NCBI GenBank assembly: GCA_900299275.1
Contig: OMJE01000021.1
Coordinates: forward strand, 1-48,176
Source: a bacterium
GTDB taxonomy: Bacteria > Patescibacteriota > Minisyncoccia > Phycocordibacterales > Phycocordibacteraceae
Length of the DNA: 48,176 nucleotides
Reading direction: 5' to 3'
Below, piece after piece: positions 6,791 through 16,626 of this stretch. The notes beneath the pieces are model-generated. The model was not told the origin of the DNA. It did not search any database and saw nothing but the letters and a program-made list of their open reading frames with translations. The translations under genes were made by a program, and so were the position numbers. Position 1 is the stretch's first letter. The number at the start of each line of letters is the position of its first letter.

Positions 6791-8071
6791 ATGGCCGACG
6801 AACCAATCAAAAATAATGGAGCGAAGCCGGCGGTGAAATTTATCCGTACGTATGCTTCAGACATGGAGATCGCCAAGAAGGGCGGTCAGCCCGACCTGAA
6901 GCCCTATGAAGAGCGCGAAAGTATCATTCCCCTGCAATCAGCCGAAACTCCGGAAGTCAGTGCGCCTGCACCCGTAGTATTAAAAGAGCCGAATGAGTTT
7001 CTAAAACGGCAGGCAGCAGTGGCTTCGCCTGAAGTAGCACCTCCTGCTCCGCCGGTGCTGGCTAAAGAAATGGAATTGCCTAGGTCTATACCTGAACCGA
7101 CGGCGCCAATTGGAGCGCCCACGCCACTCCATACGTATGCCGAAGATTTTTCACAGCACGTGAAGGAAGAAAAGGCATCGACGTTTGAGATTCTTGCAGC
7201 GCAGCAGGACACGGGAAAGGCTGTGCCGAAAGCGGCGCCGAAGAAAAGTAACACGATGCTGTACCTTATTGGCGGGACTGTGCTCTTTGTGCTTGGCGCG
7301 GGTGGGGCCTATGTTGGCTATCTCCGCTACCAGGCGGCTTACGCGCCGATCATGCCTGCACCAACGATATCAGCACCGATTTTTTATGACGAGCAACGCG
7401 AAGTGGCGGGCGACGGTCCAGCGCTGGCTCAAAACATAGCGCAAGCGGCGCAGGAAGCGCTCACGAGTAATAAAGTTCGACTTATATATAGTGCAAATGC
7501 CACAACAACGCGTCTAGGACTGTTTGTGGCAGCACAAATCAATGCACCAGCGGGAATCACGCAGAATGTTGTGGGCGAGAGTAGTATGGTGGGAAGTGTG
7601 AATAGTGATGGAGTCCCGTCGCCGTTTTTTATTCTCTCGGTGCTGTCCTACAGTGACACCTTTGCCAATATGCTTGCGTGGGAGTCGTCAATACTCAGCG
7701 ATCTTCGCGATTTCTATCCCGCATATCCCGCAGTTGTGCCGTTGCCAGAGGTGCCTCCAGTCATTGCGACCACCTCCATCGCCGCTACCACCACCCCGAC
7801 GACAACCTCAACAAAACAAAAGAAAACACAGCCAGCACCACAAAAGAAACCGCAACCCGCACCCGCACCAATACCAGTGCCACCCGCGATTGTGGTGGGC
7901 TTCGTCGACGGTGTGGTGAGCAATCTCGATGTGCGCATGTACAAGGACGTCGCGGGACGCACGGTCATTGTGTATGGCTTCTGGAATCCCAACACGTTGA
8001 TCATTGCGCGGGATGGGGCAGCATTCACCGAGATAGTGCGTCGGCTGCGCACGACGCGCACCCAGCCCTAG
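6791..8071 (+). CDS. Hypothetical single-pass membrane protein with Pro/Ala/Thr-rich linkers
   Basis: One clear TM segment (MLYLIGGTVLFVLGAGGAYVGYL) and low-complexity stretches (TTTPTTTSTKQKKTQPAPQKKPQPAPAPIPVPP). No recognisable domain. Confidence 0.7.
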   Translation: MADEPIKNNGAKPAVKFIRTYASDMEIAKKGGQPDLKPYEERESIIPLQSAETPEVSAPAPVVLKEPNEFLKRQAAVASPEVAPPAPPVLAKEMELPRSIPEPTAPIGAPTPLHTYAEDFSQHVKEEKASTFEILAAQQDTGKAVPKAAPKKSNTMLYLIGGTVLFVLGAGGAYVGYLRYQAAYAPIMPAPTISAPIFYDEQREVAGDGPALAQNIAQAAQEALTSNKVRLIYSANATTTRLGLFVAAQINAPAGITQNVVGESSMVGSVNSDGVPSPFFILSVLSYSDTFANMLAWESSILSDLRDFYPAYPAVVPLPEVPPVIATTSIAATTTPTTTSTKQKKTQPAPQKKPQPAPAPIPVPPAIVVGFVDGVVSNLDVRMYKDVAGRTVIVYGFWNPNTLIIARDGAAFTEIVRRLRTTRTQP

Positions 8072-8090
8072 GATTTGCTACCATACCCAA

Positions 8091-8441
8091 ATGGACACGA
8101 CACATTTGAAAGAAAAATTAGAAAAAGAAAAAGTAGCGCTTGAAACGCGACTGGCGAGCGTGGGACGCAAAAGCGCCACGGTCCCTGGCGACTGGGAGAA
8201 TTTGCCGGCAGAGCAGAACGTAGAACCAGATCCGATCGATCAGGCGGAGGTAACAACAGAACGCGAAAATGAAGTTGCCATCTTGGAAGCGCTGGAGTCG
8301 CAGTATGATGCGGTGCTGAAAGCATTGAAACGCATCGATGACGGCACCTATGGAAAGTGTGAGGTGTGCGGAGCATCGATCGCGCCGGAGCGGCTCGAAG
8401 CAAATCCAGCAGCGACCACCTGCACGCTGCACATGCAGTAG
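8091..8441 (+). CDS. DksA/TraR-family zinc-finger protein (variant CxxC-X17-CxxH)
   Basis: A coiled-coil-like N-terminus is followed by [32 protein letters not shown], which matches the DksA/TraR C4 finger layout. The last ligand position is His. Confidence 0.8.
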   Translation: MDTTHLKEKLEKEKVALETRLASVGRKSATVPGDWENLPAEQNVEPDPIDQAEVTTERENEVAILEALESQYDAVLKALKRIDDGTYGKCEVCGASIAPERLEANPAATTCTLHMQ

Positions 8442-8449
8442 ACACAAGA

Positions 8450-10009
8450 ATGGCTGTCCCGAAACCAGCATCGGGCAAGACAACACCGCACACAAAGCAA
8501 GGGTATGCGAAAACACTTGCTGCGCAGCCAGTGGGTTCGAGTGCAGAACTTGTGACCGTCGAAGCAGACCTCACGCGAGGTCTGCATTCATTTAGTATCG
8601 TCGGACTTGCTGATAAAGCGGTTGAGGAAGCGCGCGATCGATTGAGTGCGGCTATTCGTCACTCCGGAGTGAAATCGCCAAAGCAACAAAACAAACGTAT
8701 TGTACTCTCGCTCTCGCCCGCAGATTTAAAAAAAGAGGGTTCACATTACGATCTCGCCCTTGCCGTCGCGTATCTTGTCGCTGTCGAAGAGCTGAGGCCG
8801 CTTCTCAGTGAATCGCTCTTCATCGGCGAACTCGCGCTCGATGGAACGCTGCGAACCGTGCGCGGTGTGTTGCCGCAAGTGCTCGCCGCAAAGCGCGCCG
8901 GGGTGGAGAAGGTCTTTGTGCCGTCCGGGAATGCGCGCGAGGCACTCATCGCAGAGGGAGTACACGTGTACGCACCGGCTACGCTCGACGAGCTCATTAA
9001 ATATCTGAAAGGAGAAAAGCCCCTTGCTGAGCGTTTGCGTGATCGCACCAAATCCGCACCGCCACCTGCTCTCGACCTCGCTGAGGTAAAAGGGCAGGAG
9101 ACAGCGAAGCGTGCGCTCGAGATTGCCGCCGCGGGGCGGCACAATATTGTGTTCTATGGACCTCCCGGAACGGGCAAGACAATGCTCGCACGAGCACTTG
9201 CTGGTATTCTGCCGCCCTTAACGAGCGATGAAGTGCTTGAAGTGACGGCTATTCATTCGACGGCAGGTCTTCTCAAGGATGGCGAGGCAGTGCATTGGCC
9301 GCCCTTCCGCGCACCCCATCACTCGGTGTCGCATGTGGCAATCGTCGGGGGCGGCGCATTTCCAAAAGCAGGTGAAGTGACACTGGCACACAAAGGCGTG
9401 CTCTTTCTTGATGAATTTGCGGAGTTCGATTCGCGCGCCCTTGAAGCGCTTCGTCAGCCGCTTGAAGATAAAATTGTTACGGTGTCGCGTGCGCGGGCGA
9501 CGATCACATTTCCAGCCGACTGTATGATCGTCGCTGCGATGAACTCAGCAGACACGCTCACGGACGACACTGCGACAGCGTTGCGCGCGGCCGCAAAGCA
9601 GGCGCGCAGGATCAGTCGCCCGATCGTCGATCGACTTGATCTATGGATCGAAGTGCCACATGTGCCGCACCAAACACTGACGAAGCTCGCAACAGGGGAG
9701 AGCTCAGAAAAAGTGCGTGCCCGTGTGCTCGCCGCGCGCGCAAAAGCACAGGTGCGGAGTAGCAAAGCAGGCTATACGAATGCTGCCTTAAGCGGTAAAG
9801 AGCTCGATGAAAAAAGCGGCTTCACCGCTGCAGCCACCGAGGCACTCTCGAGTGCTGCTGCACGACTCAATCTCTCACCACGCAGTTATCACCGCACGAT
9901 GCGTGTGGCGCGCACGATTGCTGATCTCGCGGGCTCTGATGCCGTCGCTCCCGCGCATGTACTTGAGGCGCTGCAATATCGCCCGCGCGGGTTGTTTGGA
10001 TTTGAATAA
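8450..10009 (+). CDS. comM: Mg-chelatase-like AAA+ protein ComM/YifB
   Basis: The N-terminal Lon-protease-like domain reads [18 protein letters not shown]. Walker A is [18 protein letters not shown] and the C-terminal [18 protein letters not shown] are also present. The start was trimmed to MAVPKP, just after the dksA-like stop. Confidence 0.88.
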   Translation: MAVPKPASGKTTPHTKQGYAKTLAAQPVGSSAELVTVEADLTRGLHSFSIVGLADKAVEEARDRLSAAIRHSGVKSPKQQNKRIVLSLSPADLKKEGSHYDLALAVAYLVAVEELRPLLSESLFIGELALDGTLRTVRGVLPQVLAAKRAGVEKVFVPSGNAREALIAEGVHVYAPATLDELIKYLKGEKPLAERLRDRTKSAPPPALDLAEVKGQETAKRALEIAAAGRHNIVFYGPPGTGKTMLARALAGILPPLTSDEVLEVTAIHSTAGLLKDGEAVHWPPFRAPHHSVSHVAIVGGGAFPKAGEVTLAHKGVLFLDEFAEFDSRALEALRQPLEDKIVTVSRARATITFPADCMIVAAMNSADTLTDDTATALRAAAKQARRISRPIVDRLDLWIEVPHVPHQTLTKLATGESSEKVRARVLAARAKAQVRSSKAGYTNAALSGKELDEKSGFTAAATEALSSAAARLNLSPRSYHRTMRVARTIADLAGSDAVAPAHVLEALQYRPRGLFGFE

Positions 10010-11053
10010 TTAGTGGGCAAACGGATTTTTAGCACCGCGAACTTCGAAGTGGAGGTGCGTACCAGTCGATTTACCGGTCGAGCCCATGTAGCCGATGACC
10101 TGACCCTGGTTGACGCCCTGGCCGGGCACGACAATCGCATTCACGAGGTGGCCATAGAGCGTCTGAGTGCCATTCGGGTGGCTAATAACTACGTAGTTTC
10201 CATAACCACCATTCCAGCCACCGTTGCGGGCAATGATGATAGTTCCGTCTGCTGCCGCAAGAATTGGTGTGCCGCGTGCAGCGCCAAGATCGACACCATT
10301 GTGACCGTGGAGACCCTGAGTGAGATGCGAACCCGGGGCGGGGTTAGCATAGTAACCAGCGATCAATGGTCCGCCGCCGCCCAGATAGGGTTCAGCGCCG
10401 CTGGTTTTTCTCGTATGTTTTTTCGAAATCGGCGCAGTAGCAACTGAGTTTACTTCGCCTCCCGGAATGATAACCGTAGAACCGACGGCAAGAGGCTCGT
10501 GCGGGTCAAGGCCGTTGTATTGGGCTATTTCGTTTGCGTCTGCGCCATACGCCTTGGCCAATGATTGAAGCGTGTCGCCCTTTGTTACCGTGCGGCGTAT
10601 GCCACTCACGGGCAAGATTGCGAGCGTGTCACCTACTTTAATATCCTTTGGGCCCTTCAAATTGTTTGCCCAAATAATGGTGTTTACGGAAACATTGAAC
10701 ATCTTTGCGATGTCAGAGAGCGTATCTCCAGGACGCACCACGTATACAGAGATTTGATCGGTGGAAGGCATGTCGATCACGTCCGAAACGGTCCCGGATG
10801 GCCCAGAATAGGCAACAAGTGCTGCGTCACCCGACGTAGCAAGCGGAATATCTGGATCGGCGCCTGGATCAATATTGATCGGTGCAACCAGAGCTGCTGT
10901 GGACGCGCTCGGCACCACGGACACTTCCTGCGCGTCGGCGTTATTCCATGAAAATGGCCAAAAAGCCTCCGCGTGCTGCGGGAGAAGACTTAACGAGAAC
11001 AAAATGCTAGAGAGCCCTGCTGCGAGATGTTTTTTGTTTTCTGTAATAGGCAA
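10010..11053 (-). CDS. Secreted LysM-LysM-M23 peptidoglycan metalloendopeptidase
   Basis: It has a signal/TM segment and two LysM repeats (YVVRPGDTLSDIAKMF..., TVTKGDTLQSLAKAYG...). The M23 motifs HNGVDLGA, GNYVVISHPNG and GTHLHFEV are present. Confidence 0.9.
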   Translation of the reverse strand: MPITENKKHLAAGLSSILFSLSLLPQHAEAFWPFSWNNADAQEVSVVPSASTAALVAPINIDPGADPDIPLATSGDAALVAYSGPSGTVSDVIDMPSTDQISVYVVRPGDTLSDIAKMFNVSVNTIIWANNLKGPKDIKVGDTLAILPVSGIRRTVTKGDTLQSLAKAYGADANEIAQYNGLDPHEPLAVGSTVIIPGGEVNSVATAPISKKHTRKTSGAEPYLGGGGPLIAGYYANPAPGSHLTQGLHGHNGVDLGAARGTPILAAADGTIIIARNGGWNGGYGNYVVISHPNGTQTLYGHLVNAIVVPGQGVNQGQVIGYMGSTGKSTGTHLHFEVRGAKNPFAH

Positions 11054-11085
11054 ACGGGGAATTCCAGGAAGTTCAGCTCATACAA

Positions 11086-11119
11086 AAATGGCTTACATAC
11101 TCACGTATATAAGCCATTT
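11086..11119. promoter_or_regulatory. 10-bp perfect inverted repeat AAATGGCTTA-N14-TAAGCCATTT in the M23/pcrA divergent region
   Basis: Read directly from the sequence. It lies 33-66 nt upstream of the M23 start on the minus strand. It could be an operator or a 5'-UTR hairpin. Confidence 0.3.
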
Positions 11120-11228
11120 CTTGATTGCATCCGTATCAGTCGATAGGTGGAGTATAGCCTGGTAAAAACCCCCGTCAACCAACATTTCGGATACCTGTGG
11201 AGAGCGGTTTTTAGGGTATAGTCTGATA

Positions 11229-13163
11229 GTGAAATACCTCGACGGACTTAATGAAGCTCAAAAAAGGGCCGTGCTCGCCACCAAAGGGCCCGTTTCCGTG
11301 CTTGCGGGAGCGGGGAGCGGCAAAACGCGCGTACTTACCACGCGCATTTACCACTTAATACGCGAAGGAGTGCCCGCCTCCGAGATCCTCGCCGTCACCT
11401 TTACCAACAAGGCCGCACGCGAGATGCGCGAGCGCGTGCGCGTAATGCTGGGCGACGACGCGGGACCGAATGGCACTCCTTTTATCGCTACGTTCCACGG
11501 TTTGGGGCGCGAATTACTTGAAAGTTACGGCAGTGTGATGGGCATCCCTCGCTATTTCACGGTGTACGATCGCGACGACTCTGAACGCGTCATTGGCGCC
11601 GCACTCAAGAAACTTGCTGTGGAGGCAAAAGAACTTTCGCCGCGCGCGGTGCTTGGCCGCATTTCACGACTCAAGGGGGAGGGTACGCGCGCCAGTGAGT
11701 TCAATGAAAAGCAAGGACGGTCGAGCTTTGGTGCGCGCGTGACGGCCGAAGCATGGCTTGCCTATGAAAAAGAGTTGGCCAAAGAAAAAGCCCTTGATTT
11801 CGATGATCTCATTGCACTGCCGGTGCGTTTGCTCGAACAGTATCCCGAGGTGCGCGCTCGTGCACAGCAGCGCTGGCGGTATTTACATATTGATGAATAT
11901 CAAGACACCAATGCGTTACAGGAAAAACTTGCGACGCTGCTCGCAGCTCCGCTCAATAATATTTTTGTCGTGGGCGATGGTGATCAGGCCATTTACGGCT
12001 GGCGCGGTGCAAAGATGGAGAATATTTTGAATTTCGGCAAGCGTTTCCCGAGCGCGGAGACCATCATTCTGGAACACAATTACCGCTCCACTAAGAATCT
12101 CGTGGAAGCGGCAAATGCGGTAATCGAACAAAATAAGAAGCGTGCCGATAAGAAATCGATTACCGACAATGAGCGTGGCGACCGGATAACACTCCATATA
12201 GCAGTAAATGCAGAAGATGAGGCGCGGTGGGTTGCGCAAAAAATAAAAGAATTGATCCGCGGAGGCGAAAAACCAGAAAACATCGCCATATTGTTCCGAA
12301 CCAACTTCCAATCACGCGCGCTTGAAGAAGGGCTTTTGCGCTCCGGCGTACCGTACAAGCTTCTCGGTACGCATTTCTTTGCGCGAAAAGAGGTGAAGGA
12401 TGTGCTTGCGTGGATGCGTCTTGCGCTTGAGCCCACGCGCGAAGCCGATAAGATGCGCGCGGCAGCTAATCCGTCGCGCGGTATTGGCAAAGTGACGCTC
12501 GGAAAGCTTGTGGCGGGAGATCGCGACGCACTTCGTCCGAGTGAAAAAGCAAAGGTGGCGGCATTTGAGAATGTAATCCGTGAGCTTGCAGAAGCAGCAG
12601 AGACTGAGACGCCGTCGGCATTCGTAAAAATGGTCATTGAAAAAAGCGGCATGGAGGCGGCACTCCGAGAAGGCGACGCGGACGATCGTGAGCGTTTTGA
12701 GAACATTGAAGAGTTGGTGTCGGTCGCGACGCGTCACGATGGTATGCCCGGTCGCGCCGGTATCGCGGCCTTTCTCGCTGATGCAGCGCTTGCGAGTGAT
12801 CAAGACGAAATAGATCAAGGAGAAAAGACGGGCGTTATGCTGATGACCGTTCATGCAGCGAAGGGTCTGGAATTCGATACAGTGTTTGTGACCGGTATGG
12901 AGGAGGGACTCTTCCCTCACGAGGGAATGGGGGACCGCGACCGCGACGAAGAAGAGGAGCGACGACTTTTTTATGTGGCAATGACACGGGCGCGGCGCCG
13001 ACTTTTCCTCACGCTCGCGCGTATGCGCAAGATCTACGGCAGTGATTTTATGTCGGAACCATCGTCATTCCTGGCCGACATCGACCGCTCACTCCTTATA
13101 TATGATGAGACGCAGGCTCGTTATGGAGCGTATGATGACTATATACCGAGCATAGAGCTATGA
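11229..13163 (+). CDS. pcrA: UvrD/PcrA/Rep-family SF1 DNA helicase (GTG start)
   Basis: LNEAQKRAV, Walker A AGAGSGKT, TFTNKAAREM, DEYQDTN, VGDGDQAIYGWRGA, NYRST, TVHAAKGLEF and YVAMTRAR are all present. Confidence 0.9.
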   Translation: MKYLDGLNEAQKRAVLATKGPVSVLAGAGSGKTRVLTTRIYHLIREGVPASEILAVTFTNKAAREMRERVRVMLGDDAGPNGTPFIATFHGLGRELLESYGSVMGIPRYFTVYDRDDSERVIGAALKKLAVEAKELSPRAVLGRISRLKGEGTRASEFNEKQGRSSFGARVTAEAWLAYEKELAKEKALDFDDLIALPVRLLEQYPEVRARAQQRWRYLHIDEYQDTNALQEKLATLLAAPLNNIFVVGDGDQAIYGWRGAKMENILNFGKRFPSAETIILEHNYRSTKNLVEAANAVIEQNKKRADKKSITDNERGDRITLHIAVNAEDEARWVAQKIKELIRGGEKPENIAILFRTNFQSRALEEGLLRSGVPYKLLGTHFFARKEVKDVLAWMRLALEPTREADKMRAAANPSRGIGKVTLGKLVAGDRDALRPSEKAKVAAFENVIRELAEAAETETPSAFVKMVIEKSGMEAALREGDADDRERFENIEELVSVATRHDGMPGRAGIAAFLADAALASDQDEIDQGEKTGVMLMTVHAAKGLEFDTVFVTGMEEGLFPHEGMGDRDRDEEEERRLFYVAMTRARRRLFLTLARMRKIYGSDFMSEPSSFLADIDRSLLIYDETQARYGAYDDYIPSIEL

Positions 13164-14764
13164 CGTCATCAGGAAAGGGCAGACCGTATTACGCCGCGAG
13201 CTTTGCGGCTGGCTTTTGTCTGATGGCTGTGGAGATAGTGTCGTCGCGCATTGTCGCTCCTATTATTGGGTCATCGCTGTATACGTGGACGGCAGTCATT
13301 GGTGTGACGCTGCTTGGATTGTCGCTCGGGAGTGTCCTGGGTGGCATCTTGGCCGATCGTTATTTGCCGCTCTTTGGCCGTAAAGTCCTCGCGTATGCGG
13401 CGTTGGGCTGCGCCGCCCTGGTGTACGCCATGGTGCCACTTTCAAAGAATCTCGGTTTCATATTTTCTTTTTCGACGTCTCTTCCACCTTTGTCGCTGCT
13501 CATTAGTGCGGTATTATTTTTGCTACCTGCTCTTGCCATCGGCACGCTCTCGCCGCTCATTTTTAAATTGTACGTTTCAGATTTGCAGGATATTGGCACC
13601 AAATATGGGCAACTCTCCGGCATCTGGTCACTCGGGAGCATCGCGGGAGTTTTTGTGACAGGGTATTATTTTATCCAGTCGTTGGGTACCGCTCGCACGG
13701 TAAGCGTTGTTGCAGTGCTACTGCTCGCTCTGTTTTTTTATTTTTTTACGAGCGATATGCGCCGCTCTATGGATGCACGACGCGATGCGCTCATTCTTGG
13801 GGCAGTACTGCTTGCCGCATTACTTATCGGCACTTTCTCGTGGGGACGTGCCGCTAAAGCCGCTGATAACATTCTTTTTGAAAAAGATACTGCCTACTAT
13901 GCCGTAAAGGTTGTCGACCACGATCTGTATCCGCGATATGGCAAAAACAGAATGCTGTTTCTTGATGTTGACATGCATAGTATTCAGACTGAAAAACCAT
14001 CGCACGAGTTTTACACGGACATCGCGCCGGCATTTTCTGCTTTATCATCGACAATCAACAACATTTACGTAATTGGTGCAGGCGCGTATACGTTGCCTAG
14101 TAATCTGCGCAGACAGTACCCCAAAGCGTCGATTGATGTGTTGGAAATCGATCCCGAGATCGAAAAGGTGGGCCGGCAATTTTTTAATAGCAACGACTAT
14201 GCACTCCACACCATTGTGGGAGACGCGCGTGTTTTCTTTCGCGACCAGCCCACGGCACATACGAAGAGGTATGACCTTATCTACGGCGATGCCTACAATT
14301 CTTTTGTGTCCGTGCCATGGTACCTGCTGACAAAAGAATCGATAGCCGAAACGAAGCGCTACCTGAATCCGGGCGGTATGTACGCCATAAATTTTATTAG
14401 TGCGCTCGAGGGTCAGGATGCGGCGTTATTTCGGAGTGTACGTCGCACGATGGCAGAATCGTTTCGAAATAATTACGTCTTCGCTTTCGGTAAGGACGCA
14501 GAAAAGATACAGAACATAACGATTGTCGGGGTAGCAAGTGATGTGCGGATTCCCGACGACGTTATTAGTGGACGCCTACAGTCCATCGACCAGACCCATT
14601 TTCTTGCGCAGGCGTTTGCGGCAAATGCCGTCGTACAAAAGCAAGATATCAATAAAGGCACGTTGCTCACCGATGATTTCGCACCAGTGGAATCAATGAT
14701 GTCAGGGCTTATGAAGGACTATTTCCCAAAATATATTGCGTTGTATCATGACATACTTAGCTAA
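13160..14764 (+). CDS. Membrane-fused spermidine-synthase-like (PABS/class I methyltransferase fold) protein
   Basis: The N-terminal ~200 aa are polytopic. The C-terminal part reads VIGAGAYTLPSNL ... IDVLEIDPEI ... GDARVFF ... YDLIYGDAYN, typical of spermidine-synthase-like domains. Its ATGA overlaps the pcrA stop. Confidence 0.8.
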   Translation: MTSSGKGRPYYAASFAAGFCLMAVEIVSSRIVAPIIGSSLYTWTAVIGVTLLGLSLGSVLGGILADRYLPLFGRKVLAYAALGCAALVYAMVPLSKNLGFIFSFSTSLPPLSLLISAVLFLLPALAIGTLSPLIFKLYVSDLQDIGTKYGQLSGIWSLGSIAGVFVTGYYFIQSLGTARTVSVVAVLLLALFFYFFTSDMRRSMDARRDALILGAVLLAALLIGTFSWGRAAKAADNILFEKDTAYYAVKVVDHDLYPRYGKNRMLFLDVDMHSIQTEKPSHEFYTDIAPAFSALSSTINNIYVIGAGAYTLPSNLRRQYPKASIDVLEIDPEIEKVGRQFFNSNDYALHTIVGDARVFFRDQPTAHTKRYDLIYGDAYNSFVSVPWYLLTKESIAETKRYLNPGGMYAINFISALEGQDAALFRSVRRTMAESFRNNYVFAFGKDAEKIQNITIVGVASDVRIPDDVISGRLQSIDQTHFLAQAFAANAVVQKQDINKGTLLTDDFAPVESMMSGLMKDYFPKYIALYHDILS

Positions 14765-14768
14765 TCGT

Positions 14769-15521
14769 ATGACGCGGGCAAAAAAATCCCTCGGTCAGAA
14801 TTTCTTGATGCATGCGCGCATTGCAGAAAGAATTGTGCTCGCTGCGCAGATATCTTTGGAAGATGTTGTCTTCGAAATTGGTCCAGGGACCGGCATGCTC
14901 ACCAAGGAATTGTTGAAACGAGCCAAGAAGGTCATTGCGCTAGAAGCCGATAATGAACTTTATGACACGCTACAGCGCGACTTTGCCGACGACATCGCAC
15001 TTAAAAAACTCGAGCTTCACCATGGCGACATCCGCACCTTCGATCCGATGGACTTGCCGAAAGGGTATGTTGTTGTCGCGAATATTCCGTATTACATCAC
15101 CGGCGAGATCATCCGCCTATTTCTCGAGACCAAGAATCAGCCACAGAATATGACCCTCTTGGTGCAAAAGGAGGTGGCGGAGCGTGTTGCACGCAGTAAA
15201 AAAGAAAGCATTCTCTCCCTCTCGATGAAGGCCTACGGCACGCCAAAGTACTTGTTCACGGTGCCGCGCGGGGCGTTCCGTCCCGCGCCTAAGGTAGACT
15301 CAGCGGTACTGTCTATCTCACACATTTCACGCGCACACTTTAAAAACATCACGCAAGAACAAAAGTTTTTTGAACTCCTGCACGCAGGTTTTGCACATAA
15401 ACGCAAGTTTGTACGAAAAAATTTGCTTGATGCCGGACTACCTGTGGGAGAGATACCGGAAAAAGCGCGCGCTGAGGACGTTCCACTTGCGACCTGGCTC
15501 CTATTGAGCTCGTTAGCCTAG
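14769..15521 (+). CDS. rsmA: 16S rRNA (adenine1518/1519-N6)-dimethyltransferase
   Basis: KKSLGQNFL, FEIGPGTGMLT, ALEAD and VVANIPYYIT are KsgA/RsmA motifs. The start was trimmed to MTRAKK, after the upstream stop. Confidence 0.9.
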   Translation: MTRAKKSLGQNFLMHARIAERIVLAAQISLEDVVFEIGPGTGMLTKELLKRAKKVIALEADNELYDTLQRDFADDIALKKLELHHGDIRTFDPMDLPKGYVVVANIPYYITGEIIRLFLETKNQPQNMTLLVQKEVAERVARSKKESILSLSMKAYGTPKYLFTVPRGAFRPAPKVDSAVLSISHISRAHFKNITQEQKFFELLHAGFAHKRKFVRKNLLDAGLPVGEIPEKARAEDVPLATWLLLSSLA

Positions 15522-15568
15522 TTTACGTGCATACAATATGTGCAGATAGTGCGTTGACGGATGTGCCA

Positions 15569-15579
15569 GCTGGTATACT
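15569..15579 (+). promoter_or_regulatory. Extended -10-like element GCTGGTATACT, 9 nt upstream of the cluster's first ATG
   Basis: TGGTATACT fits the pattern TGn plus a -10 hexamer. TTGACG lies 14 nt upstream. The same 11-mer recurs at 26363..26373. Confidence 0.35.
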
Positions 15580-15588
15580 AAGTGCATT

Positions 15589-16626
15589 ATGGAGGGTGTT
15601 CTACGAAATTGGCGTATCGTAAGCGCATTGCTCTTTTCAACTGCACTCATAGTCGGTGCGTATGTACTTACGCAGGGCATTTCTTCTCCAACACACGTGG
15701 AAGCATCTACGGAGACGGCACTGCTTGAAGCCATAGCAACACGCGATTCAGATAATGACGGTCTTCCTGACTGGGAAGAGTCACTTTATGGGACCAATCC
15801 GCAGGTGGCAGACACGTTTAAGCTTGGCATGACGGATGGCGCAGCGGTGGCCAAAGGACTTATTGTGCCGAAAGCAATTGCCAATATGCCGGGCACGGCC
15901 ACAACATCAGGCCCTGCCATCGTCACCGCCCCTGGTTTGCCTCCTCCGCCCGCCGAAGGCACCATTACGGCGACCTTCGCGAGGAATTTATTTACCGCAT
16001 ATCTTGCGGCGGTGCAGAAGAGCCCAGATGGCAATCTTTCGGACAGCGATACAAAAGCATTAGCGACCGATGCGTTGGCTCAGCTCATGGGATCCGTTGT
16101 TGCCGCTCCGGATTTCAAATCAATGAACAATCTCGTTGTCTCAGGCTCTGGACCTCAGGCGCTGAAGGAATATGCGGCCAGCGTCGAGGCGATATTTCTA
16201 GCGAACAAGGGCAATGCGCAAACGAGCGAGATCGTATATTTAAAGAAAGCCGTTGAGGAGAGTGACGATGCGGCGCTTACACATATTGCTGCAATTGCAA
16301 AGATGTATCGCATGTCGGCGGCGGGCCTCGCCGCGCTTGCGGTGCCGCAGGAACTTGCGCAGGCTGATCTTGATCTGATGAACGCAATGAGTCAGCTCAG
16401 CTCGATAAATGAAGATTTCACGCGGGTCAACACGGATCCGCTTGCTACCATCCTGGCTCTTAAACAGTATCCGAATGCCGTAAAAAAGCTTAGTGGCGCC
16501 TTTGTTGCCATCAATCAAATTTACAAAAACAGTGGAGTTGTTCTCGCAAAAGGTGAACCCGGAGCATCAATTGTGAATCTGATTGCCGATGTAGCCGCCG
16601 AGCAGAAGGCCACTAATAAACAATGA
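15589..16626 (+). CDS. Hypothetical N-terminally anchored exported protein (cluster gene 1)
   Basis: An N-terminal TM segment (IVSALLFSTALIVGAYVL) is followed by the acidic motif DSDNDGLPDWEESLYGTNP (thrombospondin-type-3-like Ca-binding pattern). The rest is Ala-rich and looks helical. No further motif. Confidence 0.75.
   Translation: MEGVLRNWRIVSALLFSTALIVGAYVLTQGISSPTHVEASTETALLEAIATRDSDNDGLPDWEESLYGTNPQVADTFKLGMTDGAAVAKGLIVPKAIANMPGTATTSGPAIVTAPGLPPPPAEGTITATFARNLFTAYLAAVQKSPDGNLSDSDTKALATDALAQLMGSVVAAPDFKSMNNLVVSGSGPQALKEYAASVEAIFLANKGNAQTSEIVYLKKAVEESDDAALTHIAAIAKMYRMSAAGLAALAVPQELAQADLDLMNAMSQLSSINEDFTRVNTDPLATILALKQYPNAVKKLSGAFVAINQIYKNSGVVLAKGEPGASIVNLIADVAAEQKATNKQ

Noticed and set aside
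10004-10015. comM and the M23 peptidase gene converge with abutting stop codons (TAATTA) and no terminator
   Set aside because: The observation is real, but it is most simply a consequence of genome compaction. The 6-nt palindrome is just the two stop codons back to back. I see no evidence for a functional element.
12080-12920. Long antisense ORFs inside real genes. Examples: 12080..12706 and 12312..12920 in pcrA, 22972..23643 in fusA, 25396..26007 in tuf, 1618..2016 in cca, 37073..37564 in secY, and 29200..29721 and 29621..30022 in rplB
   Set aside because: Each lies opposite a gene with unambiguous conserved motifs. Their translations are low-complexity (Arg/Ser/Ala-rich). These are typical shadow ORFs of moderately GC-rich coding DNA.
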